A stretch of 64,000 bases of DNA from Antedon mediterranea (GCF_964355755.1 NC_092670.1:27266795-27330794), one strand, 5' to 3'; positions 35,346 through 49,925 are shown, counted from the stretch's first letter. Translations and numbers: made by a program. The notes: generated by a model from the letters alone, not told the origin.

Positions 35346-38300
35346 GAGCCATTGTCTGTAAAAATCAAAGATTTGGTGGCAGATGTAAAAAAATGGATTT
35401 CTCTTAAATTTTTACCATGAATAGACATTTCACTAAAAAGCATATCTACATCATTCATTTGAATTTTTAGCCTCCGTTGCCATGACAACGGTCAATTATC
35501 CAAATTTTGATGTTTTTGCCATTTTTCACAGATTTTCTATAGTGAAAAAGTACAAACTTGTATACTTATTTTAACCAAAAATACTTACAGTATACAGTTT
35601 TTGTTTGTAGCAGTGTAAACAACATGTATTGAGTTCCATTTAATGTAAAAAAAAAAAAAATACAAAATGGAGTTTGGTTGATACCATTATTTTAAAAAGG
35701 GGTGTTTTTAAAAAATATTTTTTTTATAAAAGTATACCTCATAAACGTACCTATAACTTCCAAAGTGGTGTTTTTAAATCAATGAGGTTTTTTAATTTGA
35801 TAGTCAATAGGTTTGTCAACAATAATCACGGAAAAAACTATGGGGTAAATTTCGTACATAGGTTTTATGTTGCCAGGAAAATACGAAAAATACAAAAAAT
35901 ATAATAAAATATCAACAAACAAAACACATGAAACACAATTTAAATATGGCTAATCCAATAATAAAATGTATATGTGGCTTTTCATAATGCTACTAGAGTC
36001 ATACGAATAGTTTAGATAAAATAGGAGAATGTGTTGCCAGGTTTATTTCAATTAATTGCCAGAAAAACAGTATTTTGCATTGAAATATTTAGTTGATGGA
36101 AAATAATGTTAAACTTGGAAATAATTGCGTCAATGGTTTTTATAAATTTTTAAATCTATTTTGTGTAAAGAGATACAGAAAGACCTCCCAAAAAATCTGA
36201 CCTTGTAAATAGGTCATTTAAGGTCAAAAGGGGTCAGAATGCAAAACAGGACAGGTCCCCACTTTACTACAACTATTAATGTTTGATCAACATTTACAAG
36301 ATAGTTCATAACAATTCTCAAAAATTTTAATATTTTACCTAATGTGTTACCTTAGCAACCATTTCTATGTGTAACTAAGGAAAGTAATTTTTAAAAAAAT
36401 GTAAAAAATGGCGTTTTTATAAATACAAAGAATTGATTGCATTTGTAATTTTTCTCAATTTTACTTCTACTGCATTCCATTAATGACAAACTTGACCTTG
36501 TAAATTCATTCATTTGAGGTCAACATTTTACCATAGCAACTGTTTCTATGCGAAAAGGGGTTTTTCATAAATACAAAACATTTTTTCTACATAGTTTTAC
36601 ATTTCTACTTTTTGCCAAATTTACTTTAAATACTGAATCCTAATAATCTCAGAAAGAAAGTCTTGACGAATATGAATAAAGGTAAAAAAAATAAAATATG
36701 GAGTTTTCATGAAAAAAAAAAATTACATATTGAGGTCAAATGACATCAACATTTTACCTATAGTGTATTGATTGTAGCAACTGTTTCTATACTAACTAAG
36801 TACAATATTTTTAATATGGGGTTTCATGACTACAAACATTTGATTACATAGCTTTACTACCTTTTCCCAAATTTACTTATCTACTGAATCCCAGAAAATG
36901 TCTGACCTTGTGAAAGGGTTATTTGTTGGGTCAAGTTATGTCAAAATGTATTATTTATGTTATCTTAGAACCTGTTTCTATGCATAACTAAGGATAATTG
37001 CTGCTCTAGCCCGCTACGTCACACGAGATGACTCATTCATTAGATGAAATCAAGCAGCAGTATAGTACTACACTTTGATATTTTTGTTAAAAATGGAAAC
37101 TCGACTATAATTTATAGGTACCACCTGTTGAATCCAAAAAACGGCTGAGAAAAGAGTCTAATGACAAATCATAAAGCATTTCTGGTATTTATGAGTCCCA
37201 TGATATTACTATAATTCACTGTCAGATAATCATTGAATTATTATCAAAACAGTCCATTGAAGTTTTTGTTTGTAATAGGATACCTGAAGTATCTAGGCTT
37301 GATGAAGTGACCCCCAGACTTGACCTTAGCAATAACAATAAGCAAGCAGCGTTTTTTGTAAGAAATATTCTTGTTTAAATACAGTTCAAGAACCTCCCGT
37401 AAGTGGCCACCCTCGGGACCTGGAAAAGTGGCCGCTTATAATTGTAGGCCTATTATTATTTATAATCAGGTGGTTTAGTATTTTTTAGCATTTTCAGACA
37501 AATTTTAAAAACTTTTATCATATGAAAAATGGTCGGTCAAAATCAGTGTAGTTTTCTCATCTCTTCACAGTAATGTTTTTAAAACCTCTTCAAAATAAAG
37601 CTAATATATAAAGAAATACAATAAACATGCACCTGTAATTCATAGGTCCATGCAATAAGTATTGCATTTTTCGATTGGCCGCTTACTAAAAATCTCATTT
37701 TTTGTATAAAAAGGTGCCCGCAGCTGCTTACGGTAAGCACCAAATGCACTAATTAGATAGGAAGAACAAACAGGCTTTTCAAAGTGCGTCCGTTAAGGGA
37801 GGTGGCCGCTGTAAATAAAATATGGGGTTTTCATGAATAAAAATAATCACAGAAGAAAGTGCTTACGAATATGACCTTGTGAAACGGTAATTTAAAAATG
37901 CAAATAAGGTATTGCCTGCTAATAATCTACAAATTAAAATAAAATTTGTATAAGATAAATATGCAAAATCTAAAGAATATCTCAATTTTAGTTACCATAG
38001 TAACTGTTGCTATGCATAACTAAGGGAAATTAAATAATTATCAGATAATTATTAATTAATAATTAATACTGAATCCAAACACACCGTTAAAAAAATATAG
38101 AATTTAAAACCAATATTTAATAATAAAGTGTGATATTTTACATGCTGACCTTAAATGAAATGAAATTTCAAATCAGGGCTTCTATATTTGTTATGTAGCA
38201 TTAACATACCTGAGTATATCATTGACTTTTGATTGGTTCTATTTTGGGGAGGGAAAAGTGGTGGATCCAGAACTTTTAAATAGTTAGGAGGTTGAAGGCG

Positions 38301-39459
38301 AGGGTCTAAAAACTTAACTTTATGTTCTATCTTTTGCATTGCAATTGTTAACTTGGGGTGGGTGGGGCTTGGAGAAAGGAGGAGGGGGTGGGATGGAGGA
38401 GTTTGAATCTGTCTATTCATTGGGGCGATAGTAGCGGCAGTGTGGGTGGTGCTTGAATGCATGCATTTGACACTCTATAGTGGATGATCGACCAAAGTGT
38501 TGCAGTTTATGTTTTTGTGGTTATAGTCGGGGTGGGGGGGGGGGGGGGGGGGCGGGATGGTAGTCGAAAATGGTGGTTGATGGGCATGTGGGATCTGCTT
38601 AGGTTAGCAAATAAAACAAGTAAACAAATGAAAGAGGAGCTTCAAAATAAGAGAGGAGTAATCTGTTGCAAAGATTAAAATTCACAACGATCTGATAATT
38701 TATTCAAATTTCCCGAGGATATAACCTATAAAATGACATTAAAACTGGGAATTACAGAATCTATAATTAAAAAAAAAAGTTTTTTCTCACAACACAACTA
38801 GAACTATATAAAACATTAAGAATTTTTCTGACCAATGAGTTTCAAATCAAATAATCAAAGAAAATAAAATGTTTTTACTAATATACCATGTTTTTTTTAA
38901 TATAAAAATGCCTATGTTTCTCGCAACACTGCTTGCAGATTTTAAATTTACCCCAGTATTTTATTTTAGAAATCAATTATTAAACATTGGAACTAACTAT
39001 TTGTAATAAATCAGCTAAAAAAATACACCACTTTGGGCGTTATGGTGAAGTAAAGTTTAGTTGCATTGAACAATTAAAAAAAAGTGAAAAACACCCCTTT
39101 TTAAATAAATGGTATCTCCCAAAGTATGAAATAAAAAAAAATAAAAAATTTGAAACAGGTGCACAATGCATTGTTATTATGCATACACTAATTATTTTTT
39201 ATAATTAAATGAACAAAACAAAAATATCGTTCATCAAAGTAGTACCAATATCCATTTTAAAAAACCTTAAAAAGGGACAAAATTTGTCAAAAACACAAAT
39301 TTGGCCGTTGCCATGGAAATATACGTGTGGAATAAAAAATACTTCATATTTGATTTCTCTCAACACATATATAGCCATGTGCAAAATTTGAAAGAAATCC
39401 ATTTTTTTTGAGTCTGCCACTCTTTTTGATATTTCTTTGATTCTTACAGACAATGGCTC
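35346..39459. mobile_element. Non-autonomous Kolobok-like DNA transposon
   Basis: TTAA on both sides; 26-bp TIR GAGCCATTGTCTGTAA(A/G)AATCAAAGA, continuing as GTGGCAGA...AAAAAAATGGATTTCT; purine-purine terminus; no coding remnant found. Confidence 0.82.
37381..37812. mobile_element. Degenerate Tc1/pogo-type MITE nested in the Kolobok-like element
   Basis: TACAGT...GAACCTCCCGTAAGTGGCCAC start, GGGAGGTGGCCGCTGTA end, internal GGCCGCTTA repeats. Confidence 0.5.
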
Positions 39460-39599
39460 TTAAATTGTTGGAAAACGCCCGCGAACCCGTTGAAACATGC
39501 AATTGGACACTATCCAATGCTGAAAAGTGTCCACCCGGACACTTTTGAATGATGGACACATTTCAATCTTACACCGGCCTAGCCTAGAATCGGCTGACA

Positions 39600-39815
39600 C
39601 CATGTGTGTTTCGTGTGACGTATGTTGTTTACGTTCGCTTCCTGTCCGCTTTGAAAGAAGCTCATTGGCTGTAGTTGGCCATTCTTAACCAATCACGAAA
39701 CAGCTGCCGCGGATACAAAAGCGGGCGTTTTAAATTAATCGGAAGATTCCGCGTACGTTTGTTTAGAACGTTAATGAAATCCAAGATGGCATGATGGTTG
39801 GTCGGCCATCTTTCG
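39600..39815 (+). promoter_or_regulatory. Promoter-like motif cluster
   Basis: TGACGT, CTTCCTG, ATTGG and CCAAT boxes, YY1-like CAAGATGGC within a CpG-rich patch. Confidence 0.45.
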
Positions 39816-40109
39816 GTGGTTTTACACTGAATTTTATCTTATTCATTTCTCAAGTTTTACAATGTATTTAAACCTAATTTTTTTGTGTGTTGCTATTTTA
39901 TATCTAAAGCATTCATATAAAATTATTTTTTGTTGATATTTTGATATTGTTTCATATCCATTTTAAGTAAAAACTACGTTTAGCACATCGGAATAGACTG
40001 GTTACTTTATTCTTTAATTTGTTGGCGTACCGCCAATCTGATGTAAGATTTGTTAATTTAACTTTTGTTCGAGCTCTATCACGTTTGTGCATTTAGTCCA
40101 AAATGTCCT

Positions 40110-40215
40110 CTCGTTGAATTAACCAACCTGGTAGTTTTCCCTTAAAACGCCTAGTAATAAGAGGAGCGTGGTGGTTTAGCACATTATTTAAATTTGAATA
40201 AAATAAATCAATAAA
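40110..40215 (-). pseudogene. CR1/L2-group LINE ORF2 fragment
   Basis: FYSNLNNVLNHHAPLITRRFKGKLPGWL resembles the endonuclease-RT linker (HAPL...PW). Confidence 0.55.
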
Positions 40216-41259
40216 AGCAAAGAACTTAAAACACACGAATCTCCTGTTCGTCCAAAGCGTGTAACAATTTCGAAAGGCATTGTAGGATAGAATAGAGCTT
40301 ATGGGTGGCGCCATTGTGAGCCATGGAGTATAGTAGAGCAGTTAATGACATGAGCTGTGCATTTTATTACCAAAGCATGAAACTGAAAGTTTCTTTAATG
40401 TATATAGATTCAAAATATCGGGGTGCCAAGTGTCCAACGTCCGGTATGGCGGCCATCTTGATTTCAAAATGGCCACCATAAAAACCAAAAATGTTCATAT
40501 CTTGGGAACTATACACATTAGAGACTTAATTTTGGTCTCAAATTGTTCACAAACTATATATTTCTATTTGCTCTAATAAAAAGTTTCGTCCAAAAATAAC
40601 CGGAATTGACGTTTCTTTCAGTTTGACCTTTGACCTCGTATTTGTATATCTCTGTAATTACTGGTAATTTTCAATCGATTTTGGTGTCATTTTGTTTAGA
40701 ATAAATACATTTATATTTGTAGTAATAAAACATTTTCACATAAAATGACCGGAAATACAATTTATGACCTTTGACATTTATTTATTTTTTAATTATGTGA
40801 ATATACTGTATATGGTTTTTGTTGGTCTTAAATGCATCTAATTTTGAACTTTGACCTGATAGGCGTAATTATATTAAATGATTAATGGACTTAAATTGCA
40901 TATAGTACATAAAATTGGTAAAAATTGTGCTTGGTGGTACCATATTAGTTCAATGTTGATGACACCTTCTGATTCGCTACAAGTTTTAATAGTTTGACAG
41001 AGGAAATAACATACATGTTATGGAATACCGTAAAACCTCGAAAAGGTGATAATATGAGCTTCTTTTCGAGATAGACTGTATTTGAATGTCAATTGAATAG
41101 TATGATGATCGTGTTTATATCAATATATTATTAATGACCTTACATTACAATGAACCCTTTATATTTCAATAATCAAGCCTCAGTTATTCTAAAATTTATT
41201 GTTTTCCAAGTGGTAGGCCTATTTTGATTGCATCTTCTTTTTGTATATGCTTCCTCGGT

Positions 41260-41500
41260 TAATATGGTCCTACCCCTCCTTATTTGTCTGTAGATGGTCT
41301 TACACCCCATTCTTTGTCTGTGGATGGTCCTACACCCCTTCTTTGTCTGTAGATGGCCTTATACCCCCTTCTTTGTCTGTGGATGGTCTTACACCCCTTT
41401 CTTTGTCAGTGGATGGTCTTACACCCCCTTCTTTGTCTGTGGATGGTCTTACACCCCTTTCTTTGTCAGTGGATGGTCTTACACCCCCTTCTCTTTGTCT
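41260..41500. repeat. 30-bp minisatellite, ~8 copies
   Basis: TCTTTGTCTGTGGATGGTCTTACACCCC(C/T)T repeated. Confidence 0.95.
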
Positions 41501-44500
41501 GTGACGAGTTCAAATCTAGTTTTTTTTTGGTTATCCGCAACGAAGTTGCAGGATAACCTCTTGTGATTGTACGAAATCATTCTGTATGATTTTTGTGTAA
41601 CGCTTTTCTCTAAAACTCGCAAACATAACATTTCGGTAACTATCTTAACATATTGACATTTACGTAACGTCGTCAAGCGAAGCTTTTCCTGACGTTTACA
41701 ATTGCGCAACGTGACTTACGCGCGATTTAACGATTTTGTCGTATTTAACATAGCTCGACAACCAAATAACATTTCAACTTGAAACTTTGCAAAAGTTTAA
41801 TTTATATCATGCGCTAACTTTCTGTTGGAAAAAACTTGCGTGTTTTACACAAAGTTACGCGCGCACGCGCATTTAAAATTTCAAAATGCGCAAAATTAAT
41901 TTCTAATCAACTTTCTACGCGTTTCATGTCGTTTTAAGCATGTCAAAAATTCCCACGCGTGCGCACATTTTTACGTGTGCGGTGCGCACGTAGTATTGAA
42001 AACGTACTTTTTTCGCGTGATTTATATTTTTCCAGCCTTTTCTAGTAATTTTACCAAATTTTAATCAATTTCGACTTAAAGATACGTCATACGAGCACGT
42101 CGAATTGGACAATTTGCGCGCGTTTTTTATGAAAAGGTTAAAAAATTCGTTTAAAATATGCCTTTTTTTTAAACAGTCGTAATTTCTAAACTAGACGGTC
42201 AACTTTTTATGGATGGCATATTCTGGAAGTAGATGAGTTGTAGATATCGGATCAGGTATTAATATGGCTAACCGGACATTATGACGTCATCGTATGGCCA
42301 TGCGAATATAAAATTTAGGATTTTTGTATCTTTCGTCATAGCTCATCACATTGAATAGAGCGCATCTCCACTTATCCGTTTTCCATTTTCACCCCGATTT
42401 TGATTTTGTCTAGGTCAATCAAGTATCTTTCGCATGAGTTAAAAATATTTTAATTTTTTTGACGTCATCATGCCTAAAAATTTAAATCACGTGTGGCATT
42501 AATTTCATCTTTACAGTAAATTTTAATCTGTTATAGCTCGTAAGAATAAAATGTGATAATCACGATTAAAATTTTTTCTGGAAGCTATTGGATTGTAGAT
42601 ACGAAATTATGTAAAAATGTTGCCAATCGGATGTTGTGACGTCATCATATGGCCAGTTAAATAAAAAAGGTCGTATTTTCATCTTTTGCGTCATAATTCA
42701 TTACATTTAAAAGAGCGCGCATCAATATTTCACGTATTCAAATTTCTTCTACACGCTAATACGTTGTTGCTGAGATAATTTCCTTTCGGAATTGCTACCT
42801 TCGCGTTTCATTTTAAAACCGTCAACATGTTAAAAATTGCAATAAATAGCGGGTCCCGTAATTTCACCTATTCTACACTGTATGTGATATGGATACAGAT
42901 TATACTGTGTATATACTATATATGAATTTAAATAATAAAATTCAGCAATAACAACATATCATATTCTTCAGTTCAGGTCATAATGCCAACGTGAACACTT
43001 CCTTTTGTCCTCAACCTATCCCCTTAATGTTAATGTTGCACCACTTGCGCGGCGGATAACCAAACTCGTCAAAGTGACGAGTTACATGTCTAGTTTTTTG
43101 GTTATCCGCACTTGGCGGATAACCTCTTGTTATTGTCAGGATCTTTTTTTTTTTTTTGGTTATCCGCACTTGGCGGATAACCCCTTGTTATTGTCAGGAT
43201 CTTTTTTTTTTTTCTTTTTTTTTTTCTCTTTTTTTTTCTATTTTCTTCTTTCTTTCCACGAATTTTGTTGCACGCATATCTCTAATTCTGGCCAACATAA
43301 GATTGTGTAACTTTGTCATAATATTAACCTGTAGCGGTAGATGTGCAGGACGTTTCGTTTTTTGACTTTAGAGTCGCGCAGCGTAAGTTACGTGCGATTT
43401 TATGAATTTCAATGATTGATCATAGAATAAAAACTAAAAGTAATTTTGTATTGAAACTTGGTAAAAATTTAAGTCATATCATGCGCTAACTTTCTATGGA
43501 GAGAAAATGGCATGTTTTACAGAAAGTTACGCGCGCACGTGCGTTTAAAATTTAAAAATGCGAAAAATCAATTTCTAATCAACTTTCTACGCGTTTCATG
43601 TCATTTTGAGCATTTAAAAAATTCCCACGCGTGCGCACTTTTCTTACGCGCGCGTGCGCACGTAGCGCAAAAACATCTTTTTTTTGCTTGATTTTTGTTT
43701 TTCCAGCCTTTTCTAGTAATTTTACCAATTTTCAATCAATTTCGACTTAAAATCACGTCATACGAGCACGTAGAATTGAACAATTTGCGCGCGTTTTTGA
43801 TGAAAAAGTTAAAAAATTCGTGAAAATTATGCCTTTTTTTAAAAGGTCATAGATTCTAAACTCCGTGGAGAACATTTTTAAAATTTCAGATTCTGGAAGT
43901 AGATGAGTTGTAGATATCAAATCATGTACCGATATGGCTAACCGGACATTGTGACGTCATCGTATGGCCACTCGAATATAAAATATAGGATTTTTGTCTC
44001 TTTCGCATAACTCATCACATTTAATAGAGCGCATCTCCACTTATCCGTATTCCATTTCCCTCCATTTTGTTATATTATCTAGGCCAATCAATTATCTTTC
44101 GCATAATCTACCATTTTTTAAATTGTGATGACGTCATCATATCCAAAAGAGTCAATAACTTGGGTCCTTTATTTTCACTTATTCTGCTCTGTATGTAGTA
44201 CGTATACAGTATATAGTATATAGTGTATACCGTATATACTCAGACGTGACACAAAATAGAGAGCGCACTAACATTTTTTTTCAATGGCATAATCGTTTTT
44301 ATGCGCGCAATATTCTAGCGTATGACGTGCACGTGGATTTTGCGCTGCGGATAACCTAACTCGTCCGTAGTGACGAGTTCAAATCTAGTTTCTCTTTTTT
44401 TTTCTATTTTCTTCTTTCTTTCCACGAATTTTGTTGGTCGCATATCTCTAATTTTGGGCAACATATGATTGTATAACTTGTTCATAAGATTGATATGTAG

Positions 44501-45536
44501 CTGTAGATGTGCAAGAAACTTTTTTTTTCAAATTTCGAGTCGCGCAGCGTAAGTTACGCGCGATTTTGTGAATTTCAATGATTGATCATAGAATAAAAAC
44601 TAAAAGTCATTTTGTATTGAAACTTGGTGAAAATTTAAGTCATATCATGCGCAAACTTTCTATGGATTAAAAATAGCATGTTTTACAAAAAGTTGCGCGC
44701 GCACGCGCGTTTAAAATTTCAAAATGAGAAAAATCAATTTCTAATCAACTTTCTACGCGTTTCCGGTCATTTTGAGAATTTCAAAAATTCCCACGCGTGC
44801 GCATTTTTTTTACGCGCGCGTGCGCACGTAGCGCAAAAACATCTTTTTTTTGCTTGATTTTTGTTTTTACAGCCTTTTCTAGTAAATTTACCAATTTTCA
44901 ATCAATTTCGACTTAAAATCACGTCATACGAGCACGTAGAATTGAACAATTTGCGCGCGTTTTTGAAGAAAAAGTTCAAAAATTCGTCAAAATTATGTCT
45001 TTTTTAAAACAGTCATAGATTGTAAACTACGAGGTGAACTTTTTTTAAATTAGACATTCTGAAAGTTGATGAGTTGTAGATGTAGAATCATGTATCGATA
45101 TGGCTAACCGGACATTGTGACGTCATCGTTTGGTCACTCGAATATGAAATATAGGATTTTTTTCTCTTTCGTCATAGCTCGTCACATTTAATAGAGCGCA
45201 TCTCCTTTATCCGTGTTCCAATTCCATCATTTTTTTTATTATTGTCTAGGTCAATCAATTATCTTTCCCATGATTCACCATTTTTAAAATTGTGATGACG
45301 TCATCATGTTCAAATGCGTCAATAACTTTGGTCACTTATTTTCACCTATTCTGCACTGTATGTAGTACGTATACAGTATATAGTGTTATACCGTATATAC
45401 TTAGACGTGACGCAAAATCGAGAGCGCACTAACATTTTTATCGTTTTTTTGCGCGCAATATTCTAACGTATGACGTGCACGTGGCTTTTGCGCTGCGGAT
45501 AACCTAACTCGTCCGTAGTGACGAGTTCAAATCTAG
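41501..45536 (+). mobile_element. Head-to-tail array of non-autonomous Helitron/Helentron-like units (41520-43093, 43094-44388, 44389-45536, plus a 3' remnant at 41501-41519)
   Basis: Each unit ends in hairpin AACTCGTC...GACGAGTT + CTAG then T; subterminal IR GGTTATCCGC / GCGGATAACC; homologous ~1-kb bodies. Confidence 0.82.
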
Positions 45537-45690
45537 TTATACTTTTTATTACAGAATGAGCTTGTATGCCCATTGTATATACACTTAAATGTATTTTCTG
45601 TCAGTCCAACATATGTTTCAATTTTGTTAGTGCCATTTCTTGTGACAGCCTGGTATACTACTGTTAAGCATTTCCCTAAAGGGCAAATCA
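45537..45690 (-). pseudogene. Penelope-like element GIY-YIG endonuclease fragment
   Basis: CPLGKCLTVVYQAV...TYVGLTENTFKCIYNGHTSSF fits the CPL.G.C...VVY...YVG.T...FK.R...H pattern. Confidence 0.75.
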
Positions 45691-47229
45691 AATACAAATA
45701 TATAAACTGAAAGATACACAATAAGTTAACAAACGTTTCATAACTAAATAACTCTTTTCATTAAACATGCAATATATTTTGTAATAGATAACATAACAAA
45801 AAAATATGCAGAAAATAATGTTGTTGCATGCTGTGAAATGGCGTTGCCCAGTTTTGACCTTTTAACTCTGTACTTCCGATACCGTGTTTCGGACGTAAGG
45901 TAGACAATGCCTGGAGTAAAGTTTGGTATTATACAGTTCATAGAATAAAACATTTACCTAACTAAAGTTGCTCAATTTAATTTCAAACTTCTGCATAGAA
46001 TATTACGACGGGTCCTACTAAACACCACCAGATACCACCAAATACCACAAAATACCACCTACCAGAGCAACAAGTCCTACCACCAGAGCAGCCACCTGTT
46101 TGGAATGTATTATTAATGGTATATTACAAATTCCAAGGTTTAATTCTTTCAGAAACTGATAAAATTGAAGTTAAAAGTGAATTTCTCGCCGTCGCAATTC
46201 CAGAATCGAATGCGTTTGATCTTCGTAACAGTAACCATTAGGCGCAGGAGCCCCGGATAGCGTTACGTTTGAAAACCCCAAAAAGTGAGGTTTTCAACCA
46301 TTAGCGGCATGACTGATGTGAGTGATTAATGTGTTTTACGGACGGTTTCAAGGACTATCCTACCAGTGGGCTGTTCACTGGTCAAATGATTGACACTTTG
46401 TATCACCGTTTGTAACTGGAGCTGTGACGACCTTTGTAACTGGAGCTGTGACGACCTTGCAAGAATACTAGGCCAGAATTTTTAATTGAAAAGTGCCTTG
46501 GTATTAACATTACAATAACATGGAGATGGAAACAAATTTGTCTATCTTTCTTTCTAAAATAAATGGTCACTATAGTTTCAAACTAGGCTTAGTCCACCAC
46601 ATTAGTAATTACGAATCGAAACCTAAATTAAAATTGTTGGTATTCTTTGGCCGTTGTTTGATTAATTACATCTTCATGCCATGTTTTTTTTTCTCTAATG
46701 ATTTGGCGATACGCTCCTATATTAATTTGGCCTACTAGCAGAGGGTTCGATGAGTTTTGAAAAGTTATGGAAATGTGGTCTAACATATAGCAATTCAGTT
46801 TTTTAAGGCCCTTCTTCCTTGTCCGAGCCTTTGGAAATATTAAAAAGTTATATTAATATAATATATTCTGTGTTTTCATGTTTTGAGAAATTGTATATCA
46901 TTTCAGATGTTTCGCGCTGCGCTTTTATTTGTTTCGCGCTTCGTCTTGTTCGAGCTTCCTCCGTACATACCGATAATTAATATGATTTTTCATTTCATTT
47001 TTTGTACATTATTAAAAAATAGCATACAGAACCCCATACAGAACATACCCTTCTCTGAGAAAACACTTGTGGCCGATTCCCCGAATACGGCATGATGGAA
47101 TAGCTTTGGAGACTTTGACTTTGGAGTAGGCCTAAATCGAAAAACGTCAAGCAACTCAACAGTTCTTTTCAGAACTAATATAGGCCTACGTGGTGTACCG
47201 CAAATTTATATCAACAAATATGTAACTTG

Positions 47230-49925
47230 TTTAGCACGTTTAAAATGGATAGCAAAACATATTTAAAAAAAAAACCTGAATTATTTCAAACAGACAGCAC
47301 ATTAGTTCAAACGGATAGCACAATAGATAGCTCAATCAAATGGATATAACTATGATATAACTGTACTGTGCATTCTATACGGATTATCGGGTAGCACATT
47401 CTTTCAAATGGATAGCACATTCTTTCAAATGGATAGCACATTATTTCAAATGGATAGCACATTAGGTAGCACAATCAAATGGATATAGTACTGTACATTA
47501 TTCTATGATTATCGGGTAGCACATTCTTTCAAATGGATAGCGCATTAGGCCTATTTCAAATGGATAGCACATTCTTTCAAATGGATAGCACATTATTTCA
47601 AATGGATAGCACATTATTTCAAATGGATAGCACATTGGGTAGCACAATCAAATAGATATAGTACTGTACATTATTCTATAAGGATTATCGGGTAGCACAA
47701 TATTTCAAATGGATAGCACATTAGGTAGCACAGTCAAATGGATATAGTACTGTACATTATTCTATACGGATTATCGGGTAGCACATTCTTTCAAATGGAT
47801 AGCAAATTATTTCAAATGGATAGCACATTCTTTCAAATGGATAGCACATTAGGTAGCACAATCAAATGGATGTAATTGTACTGTACATTATTCTATACGG
47901 ATTATCGGGTATCACATTCTTTCAAATAGCACATAATTTCAAATGGATAGCACATTATTTCAAATGGATAGCACATTAGGTAGCACAATCAAATGGATAT
48001 AGTACTGTACATTATTCTATAAGGATTATCGGGTAGCACATTATTTCAAATGGATAGCACATCAGGTAGCACAATCAAATGGATATAAGTGTACTGTACA
48101 TTATTCTATAGCCTACGGATTATCGGGTAGCACATTCTTTCAAATGGATAGCACATTAGGTAGCACAGTCAAATGGATATAGTACTGTACATTATTCTAT
48201 AAGGATTATCGGGTAGCACATTCTTTCAAATGGATAGCACATTAGGTAGCACAATCAAATGGATATAGTACTGTACATTATTCTATACGGATTATTGGGT
48301 AGCACATTCTTTCAAATGGATAGCACATTCTTTCAAATGGATAGCACATTGGGTAGCACAATCAAATGGATATAGTACTGTACTGTACATTATTCTATAC
48401 GGATTATCGGGTAGCACATTCTTTCAAATGGATAGCACATTCTTTCAAATGGATAGCACATTATTTCAAATGGATAGCACATTAGGTAGCACAATCAAAT
48501 GGATATAGTACTGTACATTATTCTATGATTATCGGGTAGCACATTCTTTCAAATGGATAGCACATTAGGCCTATTTCAAATGGATAGCACATTCTTTCAA
48601 ATGGATAGCACATTATTTCAAATGGATAGCACATTATTTCAAATGGATAGCACATTGGGTAGCACAATCAAATAGATATAGTACTGTACATTATTCTATA
48701 AGGATTATCGGGTAGCACAATATTTCAAATGGATAGCACATTAGGTAGCACAGTCAAATGGATATAGTACTGTACATTATTTTATACGGATTATCGGGTA
48801 GCACATTCTTTCAAATGGATAGCAAATTATTTCAAATGGATAGCACATTCTTTCAAATGGATAGCACATTAGGTAGCACAATCAAATGGATGTAATTGTA
48901 CTGTACATTATTCTATACGGATTATCGGGTATCACATTCTTTCAAATAGCACATAATTTCAAATGGATAGCACATTATTTCAAATGGATAGCACATTAGG
49001 TAGCACAATCAAATGGATATAGTACTGTACATTATTCTATAAGGATTATCGGGTAGCACATTATTTCAAATGGATAGCACATTAGGTAGCACAATCAAAT
49101 GGATATAATTGTACTGTACATTATTCTATAGCCTACGGATTATCGGGTAGCACAATCTTTCAAATGGATAGCACATTAGGTAGCACAGTCAAATGGATAT
49201 AGTACTGTACTTTATTCTATAAGGATTATCGGGTAGCACATTCTTTCAAATGGATAGCACATTAGGTAGCACAATCAAATGGATATAGTACTGTACATTA
49301 TTCTATACGGATTATCGGGTAGCACATTCTTTCAAATGGATAGCACATTCTTTAAAATGGATAGCACATTGGGTAGCACAATCAAATGGATATAGTACTG
49401 TACTGTACATTATTCTATACGGATTATCGGGTAGCACATTCTTTCAAATGGATAGCACATTCTTTCAAATGGATAGCACATTATTTCAAATGGATAGCAC
49501 ATTAGGTAGCACAATCAAATGGATATATGTAATTGTACTGTACATTATTCTATACGGATTATCGGGTAGCACATTCTTTCAAATGGATAGCACATTCTTT
49601 CAAATGGATAGCACATTGGGAGCACAATCAAATGGATATAGTACTGTACTGTACATTATTCTATACGGATTATCGGGTAGCACATTCTTTCAAATGGATA
49701 GCACATTCTTTCAAATGGATAGCACATTATTTCAAATGGATAGCACATTAGGTAGCACAATCAAATGGATATATGTAATTGTACTGTACATTATTCTATA
49801 CGGATTATCGGGTAGCAAATTCTTTCAAATGGATAGCAAATTATTTCATATGGATAGCATGGATTTGGGTAGCACAATCAAATTGAGCACATTGGGTAAC
49901 ACATTGCATCAAATGGGAGCCTACT
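47230..49925. repeat. Composite satellite built on a 21-bp unit, with 1020-bp higher-order duplication
   Basis: TTCAAATGGATAGCACATT(A/C)T units plus GTACTGTACATTATTCTAT linkers; the AGGCCTATTTC variant recurs 1020 bp apart. Confidence 0.96.

Noticed and set aside
38151-38678. Pro-rich and Gly-rich ORFs
   Set aside because: They arise from a G-rich low-complexity patch; no domain or splice support.
40420-40760. DNA transposon left end with YY1-like motifs
   Set aside because: Suggestive motifs, but no matching right TIR or TSD was found.
41241-41566. Overlapping ORFs in three frames
   Set aside because: By-product of a stop-free 30-bp minisatellite.
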